Source: Octopus bimaculoides
Lineage: Eukaryota
Length of the DNA stretch: 64,000 nucleotides
Reading direction: 5' to 3'
Assembly (NCBI RefSeq): GCF_001194135.2
Contig: NC_068985.1
Location: forward strand, 99,166,413 to 99,230,412
Below the pieces are notes generated by a model that did no database searches, was not told where the DNA came from, and was given only the letters and a program-made list of their open reading frames with translations. Both the position numbers and the translations under genes were made by a program. Below, in pieces: positions 23,396-36,533 of the stretch (its first letter is position 1; the number at the start of each line of letters is the position of its first letter).

Positions 23396-24004
23396 ACGCA
23401 CGCACACAGAAACACAGAGACACAGACACACACACAGACACACACAGGCACATACACACACACNNNNNNNNNNNNNNNNNNNNNNNNNNNNNNNNNNNNN
23501 NNNNNNNNNNNNNNNNNNNNNNNNNNNNNNNNNNNNNNNNNNNNNNNNNNNNNNNNNNNNNNNNNNNNNNNNNNNNNNNNNNNNNNNNNNNNNNNNNNNN
23601 NNNNNNNNNNNNNNNNNNNNNNNNNNNNNNNNNNNNNNNNNNNNNNNNNNNNNNNNNNNNNNNNNNNNNNNNNNNNNNNNNNNNNNNNNNNNNNNNNNNN
23701 NNNNNNNNNNNNNNNNNNNNNNNNNNNNNNNNNNNNNNNNNNNNNNNNNNNNNNNNNNNNNNNNNNNNNNNNNNNNNNNNNNNNNNNNNTAGCAGCCATT
23801 TTGTTATATTATTACTTTAAATTAAAATCATACGGATATTGATTTAGTATTCATTATTTACAAATCAGTGATATAAATTACTGAATGAAACTCGGGCGAC
23901 ACATATCACTTTCGTTTAGTTTCTTTACGTAACACCGTTATAACTTATCCAAGAAATGTATATTTTGATGAATTGTTCAAACCCAAGGAAATATAAAGAT
24001 GCTT

Positions 24005-24355
24005 ATATTGTTGGCACTCCGTCGCTTATGATGACGAGGGTTCCAGTTGATCCGATCAACGGAACAGCCTGCTGGTGAAATTAACGTGCAAGTGGCTGAG
24101 CCATCCAAAGACACGTGTACCCTTAACGTAGTTCTCGGAGATATTCAGCGCGACACAGAGTGTGACAAGGCTGGCTCTTTGAATTACAGGCACAATAGAA
24201 ACAGGAAAAAAGAGTGAAAGAATACAGCCGGGTTCGCGACCATCCGCTGCTGGAGCCACGTGGATAAACACTCACAATGCCCGGTCTGGGAATCGAAACC
24301 GCGATCCTATGACTGCGAGTCTGCTGCCCTAACCACTGGGCCATTGCGCCTCCAC
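24005..24355 (-). mobile_element. tRNA-derived SINE family C with 11-bp TSD
   Basis: Head GGAGGCGCAATGGCCCAGTGGTTAGGGCAGCAGAC...GGTTTCGATTCCC. TSD TAAAGATGCTT at 23994-24004 and 24356-24366. Confidence 0.9.
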
Positions 24356-25299
24356 TAAAGATGCTTCTTAAAGAAGATAAAATAATCTTGTTTGCTTTCT
24401 GATGAGTTAATACTTTTATAAGACCTAAAGCTGTACAGAATGATTATATTTGAAGCCTGCGGGTGTTTGTATGTATTAAATAGTGACAAACTCTCTTCTC
24501 TTTCATCAGCCTCTATTTCGATAGAATTCTACGACACGAACGCCTTATTGAAGACGTCTAGTTAAATTGAATATATTCTTAACAAGGAAAAGACTTCAGA
24601 GGATTTGAATTCGTCTTTTTATTATCTACTGGTGCAATACCAAGCCCACTTATTCAGGTACTTCGTAGAATACTGATAATATAGGTCAGATGGAATTTAA
24701 CGTAGCTCTACTAGCTAAATTGTACTTATTCACGCTGTTCACAATTAGCTTGTTTGAATGAATAACAATATAATGCCGTTGACACGAAGTAATTTTCACA
24801 ATGTGCCGATCCCTTTAATCCAATGAAAATTTTCCAAAGGTGATGAAATCCATGAAATTTTCAACGTATGTAACAAAGAGTACAGACTTTTTACGTGAAT
24901 TATACATCTTTTACAGTTATATATTTGAAATATTTCACAGGTTTTTCGTCTATTACTGCAGCAAGTATAAACAAACAATAAAATGCCATAAGTCATATTT
25001 ACTAAGTGAAATTCTCATATTTTTTCCGTATACTCAAAGCAACATGTGACAATGTTTCTACATTCAGTGAATATCTCACAGATTTCTCATTCCGCGTTGC
25101 AACTATATAGAAGAAAAAATTAAATAAATCATCCTATAAAATCTCTTTACGGCTATATATTCTCTATTCTTGTAAACTTGTTTATAAGTTTCGTATGATA
25201 TTGATACTGCTGCAGAACACTAACAAATAACAGAGCAAAGTTGCAGTGTTCTTCTGTGAAAATACATTAATGCCTAGATGTTTATATAAAGATTTATCG

Positions 25300-25455
25300 A
25301 CCACAGCGCTCGACAGGTACTTTATTTTGTCGACCTCAGACAGGTGAAAAGTATTGTTGACGTCAGCATGGTTTGAACTCAGAACATAAAGAAACTAATT
25401 AAATACCACAGGGTATTTTGTCCGAGAGTCTTCTGTTTCTGTCAATTCGTCACCG
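25300..25455 (-). mobile_element. SINE family B, old copy
   Basis: caggtactttattttgtcgacc...tttgaactcagaacataaag. Confidence 0.65.
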
Positions 25456-26030
25456 TTTCTGCAGAAACATTGGTTTCTTGCAAACAAGCAGTTTCAAATA
25501 TAGAACAAAAACGGACAGAACAATGCACGTGGTTTACAATTGTCAAAAGTATCATTGACACAAACAATACGGAGTTTTAACTGAGAATTGAAAGCTTATA
25601 AAAAATTTCGAGAAATAAAAAAAATGAAATTACATTAATTTATTATATATGTAACTGAAAATATTTAAAATAGTGAAAAACAGAAAAACGTGAATTTCAC
25701 AGATGTTTCATAATTTATAATCTCATTGTTCTCTGTAACTGTTTCAACAGATAGAATAAAAAGCATTATCTTTTATATATTATGTAATTAACATATATAT
25801 TTAATGTATACGAGGGAGTATATATGTGTCGGCAATGGAAACATTAAATGTAAATGTACACAGAACCATTACACAAAGCAAATCTATACAGGAACAGTTG
25901 AAAAAACATGCAAGATATTTCAGTAACGCGTAAGTGGTTTTCTCTCTTTATCTCTCTTCCCTTCTTCCCTCCGCTTTCAGAAGAAGAAAAGAAAGAAATG
26001 AGGCGTCTATAATTTTTTGAATGAATTTTA

Positions 26031-26195
26031 CCAACCACATGGTCCCGGGTTCATTCCCACTGTGTGGCACCTTGGGTAAGTGTCTTCTACTATAGCCTCG
26101 GGCCGACCAAAGCCTTGTGAGTGGATTTGGTAGACGGAAACTGAAAGAAGCCCGTCAAATGACTGAAACAAGTAAAAGAGTAAAAGAGTAAAAGA
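26031..26195 (+). mobile_element. SINE family A with large internal deletion and (GTAAAAGA)3 tail
   Basis: gaagcccgtc is joined directly to aaatgactgaaacaa. Confidence 0.85.
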
Positions 26196-27007
26196 CTAAA
26201 CCAATTTTAAAATCCCGTGTTATGTCGTGCTGAAGAGTCCAGAAAAGGACTACCAGGGCGTTTAAGTAGATTTTCTCATCGAAAAAAGAAAAGCTGTATA
26301 TACAAATATATGTATGCTCTTTCAAGTTTTAATAGTCATTTCTCAATAGAAGCAAAATAAACTTAGAATCGATTCTCTCCCCTTAGGTAGTAATTTCCAG
26401 TAATTCCTCCACGTGTATTGCATATCAAATGTGATAGGTTAACTATTTGCTCAAGAGAAAAACAAGGAAGAATGGTAAACAGAATACGTTTAATGCTTAA
26501 AGTAAAGTATGACATAAACCAAACAAAATGTTTAAGAAAGAGAAGGCATATATAAGTTGCAACAATCATAGCACTCTCCAAATCTATTAGCTCCTTAACA
26601 GAAAAATGATTTGTTACAAACAAAATTGAAGACAAGACTATTAACACACGACACTGACAGTTCAACTTCTATACTGCATCGCATTAACTTGGCACGTAAA
26701 CATTTAAATAATTAAATCTTTCAGATCTCCATAAGATGGAAATTTAAACCCAGGAACATATTTAAAAAGAATTATTAAAAATATTTCTTTAAATATTTAA
26801 GTGAGGAAGAAGATTTTGAAGATATAAACTATAGCATAAAGGAATATTTTCTCTAAGTTATCTCCTTCACTACTGAATTTTGTGTTATCGCTGTTGCAGA
26901 TGTTTGAAATATTTAGAAATGATATGTTGGAGTCGAATTAGGGGACTAAATTATTGTAGTTAAAAAAAAATTCCCTCTTAAGTAGTGATAAACATAAATA
27001 TGTTTTA

Positions 27008-27104
27008 CAGTATAGGTTCTCAAAGTGGGCGCTACCGCTCCCCGGTGGGCGTTGAAACGGTCCAGGTGGGCACCGGCGCCTAGGGCGGCGGTAGAGAAAA
27101 AGGA
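27008..27104 (+). mobile_element. GC-rich hAT-like terminal fragment
   Basis: ggttctcaaagtgggcgctaccgctccccggtgggcg resembles Charlie-type hAT ends (CAGTGGTTCTCAAAGTG...). No partner TIR found. Confidence 0.45.
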
Positions 27105-28117
27105 GGCAGCCCAGAGGATTCGGAAAGAGTTGGATGAGTCTAATGGTGATTACAAAGGTAAGGCAGCTAGGAAAACTCACTGTGATCGTTCTTATAAGAA
27201 ACGAACTCCAGAATTTGCTGGTGAGATCCAGGCCATGATTGACAAAGATCCCTCCAAGTAAATCAGGTCCATCGCCAAGGACATGGGAGTGTCTGAGTTT
27301 CTTATCATGAAGACATTCAGTATTCTTCATACAAGATGAGAAAGCGCCAATTTTTATCTCAGGCCATCAGGGGCAAGAGAAAAGACTACGCTACGAAGCT
27401 TTTGAACAAACTTACGATATTTCCTCCAACAGAATATGCTTTGACTTCTGTCAGACGAGAAGAATTTCTGCCTGGATCAGATGGTGAATACGCAGAACAA
27501 TCTTTGGCTTGCCGTGTTCCCAAAACTTGTACTGAGAGTGATACAAATCAAACATCCAGTTAACATCATGGTGTATGATGTGATAACTAGTGATGGTGAT
27601 GTTATGCCTTCATTCACGTTCCCTGAGACTCAACAGGGAGGCTTACATCAATTGCTTGGAGGTAGCGCTGCCCTGGGTTAAGACAGTAGCTGCTGGAGGA
27701 CACTATGTCTGACAGCAAGACTCCGCATCATGCTATGTAAGTAGGAGAACCGAGTCATGCCTGTTACACAATTACTGCAACCACATCACCCCTAACATCT
27801 GGCCACCTAACTCCCCAGACTGCAACCTCCTCGATTATTATCTGTGAGACGCTGTTGAACGAGAGAAACCAACAGAACAAATGCCAAAGATTATGGAAGC
27901 ATTCTCCAAATTAAAGAAGACTGTCCAGAAGACTTGCATGAGATTCCGAAGTCGTCTGCAGGCCGTGGTTGAAGCCAATGTTGATTTTACTGAATAAATT
28001 TACTCCTTCGTATTTCAAGATATTCTAATGTAATTTTGGTAAATATATCTGTTAAAATAAGATGTCAGAGTTATTTTCATTTTTGCCTAATTTAGACGAC
28101 AATTTATTCATCGCACC
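27105..28117 (+). mobile_element. maT/DD37D Tc1-mariner transposon fossil
   Basis: HTH region (IQAMIDKDPSK*IRSIAKDMGVSEF), SDEKNF, then QQD + exactly 37 residues + D (WPPNSPDCNLLDY). The 3' TIR ...aatttattcatcgcacc runs into the gap. Confidence 0.9.
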
Positions 28118-28998
28118 NNNNNNNNNNNNNNNNNNNNNNNNNNNNNNNNNNNNNNNNNNNNNNNNNNNNNNNNNNNNNNNNNNNNNNNNNNNNNNNNNNN
28201 NNNNNNNNNNNNNNNNNNNNNNNNNNNNNNNNNNNNNNNNNNNNNNNNNNNNNNATATATATATATATATAGGGGAGATGTATGTACGTTTGTATGTATT
28301 TATATACACACTTATCATATACACATAATGTATATATATATATACACATATATATATTACATATATATGGGGGTCTGTATGTTTGTATCTATATATACAC
28401 ACACTTTCATATACACATAAACGAACACAACATACGTATATATGTGTGTTTTGTGTTTGTGTGAGTGTGTTTGTGTGTTTGTGTATGTGTGTGGTTGTGT
28501 GCGTGAGACTGTGCGTGTGTACACATGGAGGCGCATGTGCCTCTCACATAATTTTTTCCCCCTGCTATCAAGCAGAGTTCAATTTAATCTAGGTGAAATA
28601 TTTTCAAGGAAATGAAAATTACGTTGCGTAAACAGAAAGTAGAATTTTTTCTTTTGTTTTGATTTGGAAATATTAATCCATTATCATAACAATTTACCGA
28701 ATATAATAGCGATGATTGATAATAATAACAATAATGATTATTCAAGAAAGAAAACACAAACATGACTTACAACAAAATCAACAAAAGTCACAGTAAGTCT
28801 TGATTGTTTGTAAAGTAGATATAAAATTTTGAAATAAAAACCATTTAAGGAATCTCAGTGAAGTTTATAGCTATATACAACTAATGTTTTCATTTGGGAA
28901 TATACATATGTATGTGTGTGTTCATGTGTATATATGCATAAATATATATATATATATATGCATGTATAGATATATATGTATGTATATAATATACATAC

Positions 28999-29034
<36 letters not shown>

Positions 29035-29477
29035 NNNNNNNNNNNNNNNNNNNNNNNNNNNNNNNNNNNNNNNNNNNNNNNNNNNNNNNNNNNNNNNNNN
29101 NNNNNNNNNNNNNNNNNNNNNNNNNNNNNNNNNNNNNNNNNNNNNNNNNNNNNNNNNNNNNNNNNNNNNNNNNNNNNNNNNNNNNNNNNNNNNNNNNNNN
29201 NNNNNNNNNNNNNNNNNNNNNNNNNNNNNNNNNNNNNNNNNNNNNNNNNNNNNNNNNNNNNNNNNNNNNNNNNNNNNNNNNNNNNNNNNNNNNNNNNNNN
29301 NNNNNNNNNNNNNNNNNNNNNNNNNNNNNNNNNNNNNNNNNNNNNNNNNNNNNNNNNNNNNNNNNNNNNNNNNNNNNNNNNNNNNNNNNNNNNNNNNNNN
29401 NNNNNNNNNNNNNNNNNNNNNNNNNNNNNNNNNNNNNNNNNNNNNNNNNNNNNNNNNNNNNNNNNNNGTATATATAT

Positions 29478-29510
<33 letters not shown>

Positions 29511-30494
29511 AATATATGTATGTGCGCGTGTCTTTGTGTGTACGTCTGTGTGCGTACGTATGTATATATCATACAAAAACAACATTTGCTGAGTTAAAAT
29601 ATATTTTATCATAATACAGGGAATCAACATTTTATGAAAAACAAAAAAGATATTGAAAACGATGGTTATCTGACCATAAGTAGGTTATAACTTGCACAGT
29701 TTTTTGTTTCGACACTGCGTCCATTTTTCATATTCTCTGTTGTCCTTTAACCCTTAAAAGTCATTGTGAATATAATATCGGCAATATCTACTTCCCACGT
29801 TACAAAGCAAATATGACCTTTTTCTCTTGTCAAAATAAATCTATAATATTTAATATAAGGCGTTAAAATCTATAGAGTGAAACTTAAAATGAGTGAAAAT
29901 GAAAAAAATAGATGAAAAAATAAAGAAAACGAAAATCATCTAGAGTAAAACAGTTTCAGTTCTCCGTTGCAATTAGAATTTTTTTTTATATCTACCCCTG
30001 ACGTCGGAATCGAAGAGGGAGACTGTAAATGCTCGCCTAATTTGCTAGGGAAAGGAGCGTCCCTAACTGAAAATTACTGCGTGATGTTTTGATTTTAAAT
30101 AGATAAGATGCGTGGGTATGCCAAATTAAATCGATAATATTTAATGTAAGCAGATACTCAAATATCCATAAAACAAGAAATAAGAACGCGTTAAGATATC
30201 TGCACACCTAGGTTGCGATTTCCAATTAATTTAATTGTTTGCGCCCTGCTCCGTCAACAGAATATAGTTCGAGGATGGCCTTGTGGTCTGCAGGGATCAT
30301 CATTATGTGAACATAAAGGTACAAGCCGATTACACATTGTTGTGTGTTAATTATTTGCAAACGACCTTCTTGCATTCTTCCTCAGAGGAAAAGACGAAAC
30401 GAAGCATAACAACTGCGTTAATATCTTCGAGTCTGTTGTGGCCCATAATGTTCTTTACAGTAACATTAATGCTACAATATTTATTAGCGTTCAA

Positions 30495-30710
30495 GACGGT
30501 GAGCTTGCAGAAACCTTAGCACGCCCGTCAAAATGCTTAGCGGTATTTCATCTGTCTTTACATTCTGTGTTCAAATTCCGCCGAGGTCGACTTTGCCTTT
30601 CATCCTTTCTGGGTCGATAAATTAAGTACCAATTTACGTATTGGGGTCGATCTAATCGACTGCCCCCTTCCGCAAATGTTCGGGCCTTGTGCTTTGAGTA
30701 GAAAAGAATA
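30495..30710 (+). mobile_element. SINE family B (short-tail form), full length
   Basis: gacggtgagcttgcagaaaccttagcacg...gtcgactttgcctttcatcc...ggccttgtgctttgagtagaaaag. Confidence 0.85.
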
Positions 30711-31185
30711 TTTATTACCTTCCATCTAGTGAAACTGTGAGAGTGTGTGTCGTAAACAGGGACCTGCATTGCGTAGTTCTACGTTAGAAACCACAACTAT
30801 TAAACAAAGTATTCACGGAACACTACGTTTATCTTTTCCCTACATATTGATAAAATTATGTTTTATAAAAGTTAAAACACTTGAATTTATTGAAATTTGA
30901 TATTCAAAATGGCGAAAAATAAAAATCTACATTTCAGTGTTTGAATAGGGAGTGTTATCATAAAATCTATGTAATCTAATAGTAAATCTAATAGATAAGA
31001 TCGATAAATATCAAATGGTAACCGAAATCAATAAATAACAAATCAGTCTCGTATCAAGAGTAATTCTTCTTATGGTCTCCCTGACTTTCTGAATAAAATC
31101 AGCTATGGCATATATGGAAAGGCGGCCCTACGACTTTATCAGGAGTTGATGAGCCCATGTAAAACAATGAATAAAAAATGAGACC

Positions 31186-31228
31186 CAGCAAATTACTGCT
31201 CCTTAGGCTAAGGAGCAGTAATATGCTG
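31186..31228. other. 43-bp near-perfect palindrome
   Basis: CAGCAAATTACTGCTCCTTAG-G-CTAAGGAGCAGTAATATGCTG: 21-bp arms with one mismatch and a 1-nt spacer. Confidence 0.9.
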
Positions 31229-31497
31229 AGTTTGTAGGGAATCACATATCTAAAGAATATTTATTACCTTCAAATTATGAGTTGTCTTTGAAAGTGCTTC
31301 GGATAGAAAACAAAATGGAGTTTTCAAGATTCTACTGAATGACTAATCAAATTATCTCCCCTCTTTGATCTTTACACAAATTATAGCTCCCAGGCAGCCT
31401 TGTGATCTTCAGGGATCATCGAAGCAGCGACAGCATACACGCTTCATCCATTTACATCCTATGTTAGCTCGTTGTACACAACCTGGCTATATTCTTA

Positions 31498-32351
31498 CGT
31501 GACGCATTCCAGAATTTTTGAAATTTTTTAGCTGAGGCAGTTATAACTGTACTAGGTTATTGTAACTTCAGTAAATTATTTCTATGCATCTAATAAGCTG
31601 ACCTGCCAAATTTTGTCTTCTCACATTGAAAGAGACGGAAGTAACACTACTTTGGACACGTTCTACTAAACATTGCTTGTGACAAGTGAATAGTTTGCAG
31701 AAAACAGTCGGGACGGAAAGACAATTTAAAACTCGTTATACAAAGTTTTATATTAAATTGCAAAAAGTCAGTACAAAAACTTCCGAAATATACCTGATCA
31801 TGGATTAACTTTTATGAACTGAGCATATGTTTCGCTGGCACAAAATGCTAGGCAAAGCACGTCCACGGGGAATCACATGGTTATCCCCTTTTTCGATAGC
31901 AAGGGCATCAATTACATCTACTGGGGTTCCCTCTTGCCAGTCGGTCAACAAAGTGTATTGGTTGAGGTTTTGAGGGAGTTCAGGAAGAGATTTCGTCGCA
32001 AAAAGACGCCCGAGCACCTGCACCAGGACAATACACCAGTTCGTATTTCTATCCTGGTAACTGACTATCTGACAAAGACGGACATCAAAACTATCTCTGA
32101 CATTCCCTACAGTTCAGGTCATGCTCCCAGTGAGTTTAATATGTACCCAAGCGGAAAGAGAAGTTGAAGGAGGCTACACCAAGGGTTTGCAATACCTTAA
32201 CGGAGTGGGGCCTTCACGGAGTGGCTGGAGCACTACAACAAGTGCAATGAAATCGGAGGATCCTACTTTGAAAGAGTTAGAGTTTTGTACTTCTTTGAAA
32301 TTAATAAATGTCCACCTGCAAAAAGTCTTGGAACTTCTGGAATGCACCTTT
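31498..32351 (+). mobile_element. Internally deleted mariner with both TIRs
   Basis: TIRs cgtgacgcattccagaattttt and aaaaagtcttggaacttctggaatgcaccttt with TA flanks. MVIPFFDSKG...LHQDNTPV...IPYSSGHAPSEF, and a C-terminal EHYNKCNEIGGSYFE. Confidence 0.85.
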
Positions 32352-33024
32352 TATGAAGGCGTTATAACAAGCCGAAGGTTAGCAGTCGCATTAATGTCTC
32401 CAGATGTGACACTTGTGTTGTCTCACCGCTTCCTTTGTAATGCAACGATAATAACTATGTTGACGACTAGTTCCACCTGTCATATCTCTTTCCTCTAGGC
32501 TTTACAAACCAGACATAAGCTTCCACATATTTTGCTATATAACGAAAAGGCATTCTTCCCTTTTCTCCCTTGGTTTCACACGAGTTATTTTACTTTCTCA
32601 TTTGGTCTTTTCTCCACTAATTCCTCGAACAGAAAGAAACAGTTTTCATCATGTACACCTATGAGTATCATTTTGCTTTTTAAACCGTAGCATATATATC
32701 TTATTTAATCTAGTAAAGCTATCACTCATTAGTATTTATTAAAGTATTTTTGCTTCAAATTGCCGCAGGCTCCCCTAGGCTTTGATGGATCGTCAATTTC
32801 ATGCTGTATTTCACCGGTGGTCTCCAAAATATAAGTTTTGATTATGTATATTAACAAGAGAGCAGCGGCCAGCGCCTACCTGCATTGAACAGTAACAGTA
32901 GAAAAAGGTAGAATATGTTCTTAATATACTTTCCTGGTCATAAAGTAGTTGTATACTGTCAACTTAACGTGACAGTCCCAATAAGGGAATCATACTACTG
33001 CTATTTAGCCCTAGGAAGCTGGAC

Positions 33025-33385
33025 GAATACAACAATCGCCATGATAGGGTAGGACAGTATTTACATTGGAAAATATGTAAACGCTACAAAATCAGCACTC
33101 CTGCTTACTGGTATGAACATCATCCTGAGCCAGTTTTTGAAGGTAAAAATATCATTATCCTCTGAGATTTTCCAGTCAACACTGACAAAACGATCCAGAC
33201 TAATCGACCAGATAGAGTTATTAAAGACGGAAAAGAAAATACTTGTAGGCTAATGGAAGTAAATGTCCCCACTGATGAAAATATATCTGTAAAGAAATTT
33301 GACAAACTAAGTAAATATAAGGACCTGGAAAATTGAAATATAAAAGATGTGGCATCTTAAAGCGAGAACTGTTCTTGTTATTGCC
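33025..33385 (+). pseudogene. Restriction-like endonuclease (RLE) domain of an R4/Dong-type LINE
   Basis: EYNNRHDRVGQYLHWKICK...WYEHHPEPV...IL*DFPVNTDKTIQTNRPD...LMEVNVP...KLSKYKDLE. Confidence 0.85.
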
Positions 33386-33449
33386 TGAAACTACCAAATG
33401 TTGAATAATAGTAATAATAATATGAGCAGTAATTTAAGGGTCTTTTAAG

Positions 33450-33670
33450 GGGACAGGCTTAATCGATTATTTATAGATTACATAGGCCCCAGTACTTAAC
33501 TGGTACTTTTTTTATCAATCGTGAAAAAACAAATCGACCCTGAAAAAAAAAAACAAAAACAAATTGACACTGAAAAAAAATCTTCCTTTCCAGGATTTGA
33601 ACTCAGAACGTGAAGACTCAGAAGAAATTCTGCTTAGCATTTTGTCCGACGCACTATTGGTTCTACAAGC
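33450..33670 (-). mobile_element. SINE family B, diverged
   Basis: ccccagtacttaactggtacttt...tttgaactcagaacgtgaagac. Confidence 0.65.
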
Positions 33671-33983
33671 TCTGATTGGGGGGGGGGTAATTTTCAGAAA
33701 AATGATATTGGTTATTTTATGGAATTTAGCACATGCAAGGTAGTTCATTTCCTCTATTCCGGAAGAATAAATGACATATTTGGTTTTGGCGTGTTTTGAA
33801 ATCACGACGTAAGGAACAATAACGGAATAGCGAGACTCCTTTTTGTCTGTAGTTCTCACGTTTCTGCCAGTCTACCGCAATACCAGGACGACAACGAACG
33901 ACTCTATCAACATTGAAACAAATAGCAGGTAACGTTGATGATGATAGCAATGATGATGATGATGATGATGATGAAGAAGAAGG

Positions 33984-34014
<31 letters not shown>

Positions 34015-34256
34015 ACTACGTATAAGAGCTATCTGTAAAGGAATCATCAGGATATAAAATATAATTCTGTCTCTTTCATTTATCCTTTTTCTTTGTACTT
34101 CATTCACTTCTTGTTCCTTTCTCGTCTTTTTATTGATTTTAATGTTGTTTGATATTACTTATTCTTTATGTCTTTGTTTCATTCATTATTATTATGAGTT
34201 TCTTTCTTTTGATTGTATTTGTAATCTATTGATACCCCTCTCTCTATCTCTCTTTC

Positions 34257-34360
<104 letters not shown>

Positions 34361-35204
34361 ACATCAACTCAGCTATCAAAAAGCGTTATTACGATATAGG
34401 CGAGCGAAAATGATTGACAAAGAAGGGAACGAAGAAGAAAGGAGAATATCAAGAAGGAAGGAGAAGAAAATAGGAAAACAAAATTAGAAAAAAAAAAGAA
34501 AAGATGATGTCGGAAGCAGGAGAAAAAGAATAAATCACCTAGAAGTAAGCTAGCTACGTTATATGGATCATTTGAAATATTAGTAGCAGTCGCGCTGCTA
34601 CTAAGCAGTACTATCAGAAGTTGTCTGATTGTGATTCTATCCTTATACAGCATTGTGAGATGGAAGGGGCAAATAGGTCACCTTCCCCTCAACAAAGTGT
34701 AAAAGAAAAATACATTTGACAAACAATGAAACCAATGCACAAATTAAACAACAATCGGAGACTTCATACTGAAATACTTGAAAACTATCGAAGCGAAGAT
34801 TGTCATCTGTTGCAAAAAAGTTAAGGTGAATTAGATCGTCGCAAAACGTAATAACAGTGATGCTGGCTGGCAAGTGTGTATTTTGTTGTTCAAGATCGAA
34901 AGTAGAAAGTTCTAAGACAATCAGATGCCATCGTAATTCAAACAACTGGTGCTGAATTATGGGGGATAATCTTAAATAATACAGCAACTTTTGAAGAGAA
35001 GTACTTTAGATGCAAGTCAGAAACTGAGAGGAATTGACGGGAAAAAAACGCCACGAGAAATGGAGTTGTATTTTGGTTAAGCAACCCTGCCTGGTGTAGA
35101 CACTGCACAACGGACAAATTGGTAGTGCATTTTTTGTATTTATGGGGCTTGGGTAATGGCGCATGGTCGCTTTAAGGTGGTGGAGAGCTTAGATGTATTC
35201 TTTT

Positions 35205-35390
35205 CTTATTTTGTACAAGACCAGCAATTTTGAGTGGTGGGGGAGTCGATTACATTGATACTTATGTTATCGACCCAGAAAGGATGAAAGGTGAAATCGA
35301 CCGCTGCAGAATTTAAACTCAGAGCGTAAAGACATATGAAATACCGCTAAGCATTCTATCCGGCGTGCTAACGAAGCTACCAGCATGCCA
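35205..35390 (-). mobile_element. SINE family B
   Basis: tatcgacccagaaaggatgaaagg...ccggcgtgctaacg. Confidence 0.75.
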
Positions 35391-36039
35391 ATCTCGAGTG
35401 CTTAGAATTATTTACAACTTAAAAAGCCATGAGAGTGCAGTTGAGTCTCTACCTTTTTGACATTAAGCTACAAGAAAATAACAGTCCAAGAACTCTTTTG
35501 ACATAGGATTATCAATTCATACATCTTGATTTCAAATTCATTTCAAACATTTGATTGTTTAATTGTTTACTTGGCAACATATATATTTAACATGTCTCAG
35601 TTCGTATAGGTACATGGAATAAAATTGATTCTGTACGGGATTATTAGCTGAGATAGTGTGGCCTCGTTGAAATTGTTTAGTGTCAAGGAATCCTAATAAA
35701 TCCTGATCCATGATTTTCTGTCCAGAACAGTTTCCTCTTTTCGGACATAGGTTGTCTAAGAATAGATTACTTCAGAATATACTACTTCATAAGCCCTTAT
35801 CCCCCATCCCCGCCAGAAGAATCGAAAACGGTAATGTTATAATAATAGTCTTAAGATACATTATTCAGAATGATTGCCATCTCAATGTCATTAGGATTGC
35901 ATTTCAGTGTGATTCCCACATTCACTCACAGAACATATCACCAAAGAGGAAATTCTTGAAAGGAAGGGAAACAAGGAAAGCAGCCATGCTTGGAGGCCCA
36001 ATAATTATAGAGCTAATCAATCTGAGCTGATCTGGAACT

Positions 36040-36330
36040 AAGTAACACTACTCTCATCCATTACAACAGTACTCTGTTACACTATACCACGGCCCACTAC
36101 CCTACAAAACGCCGCAACTCCACACTACATCATACACCTTTATGCTATGCTTCACTCGTCTTCAATTCAATAAATCTAGCTACACTGTATTCATTTATGT
36201 TATGTTAGACTGCACTCCATTACATAATATTAAATCGTACTGCACTTCGAAGCATTACACTCCACTCCACTACACATCGCCACACTCCAGTACGTTACAT
36301 CACGTAATATCACACTACATTGCGTTCCTG
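36040..36330 (+). repeat. Cryptic, highly degenerate 5-nt periodic tract (TACAC-like)
   Basis: In-register pentamers tacac tccac tccac tacac atcgc cacac tccag tacgt tacat cacgt aatat cacac tacat. Confidence 0.6.
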
Positions 36331-36499
36331 TAAAGAAAGATGTAATATCTTTAAGCTGTCACAACGTATTATTCTATACATATATATTTTCCCAATACAA
36401 GTAGAAATGTTTACAAGATTACAACGATAGCAGCAGCAGCAGCAGCAGCGGCAGAAGTTCTTGTGGTTGTAGTATTAGCTTTTGTTGCTGTACTACTAA

Positions 36500-36533
<34 letters not shown>

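Noticed and set aside
24280-24355. tRNA gene
   Set aside because: It is the tRNA-like head of a SINE. It lacks a paired acceptor stem and continues into a SINE body with a TSD; the same applies to the other SINE heads and to 19388.
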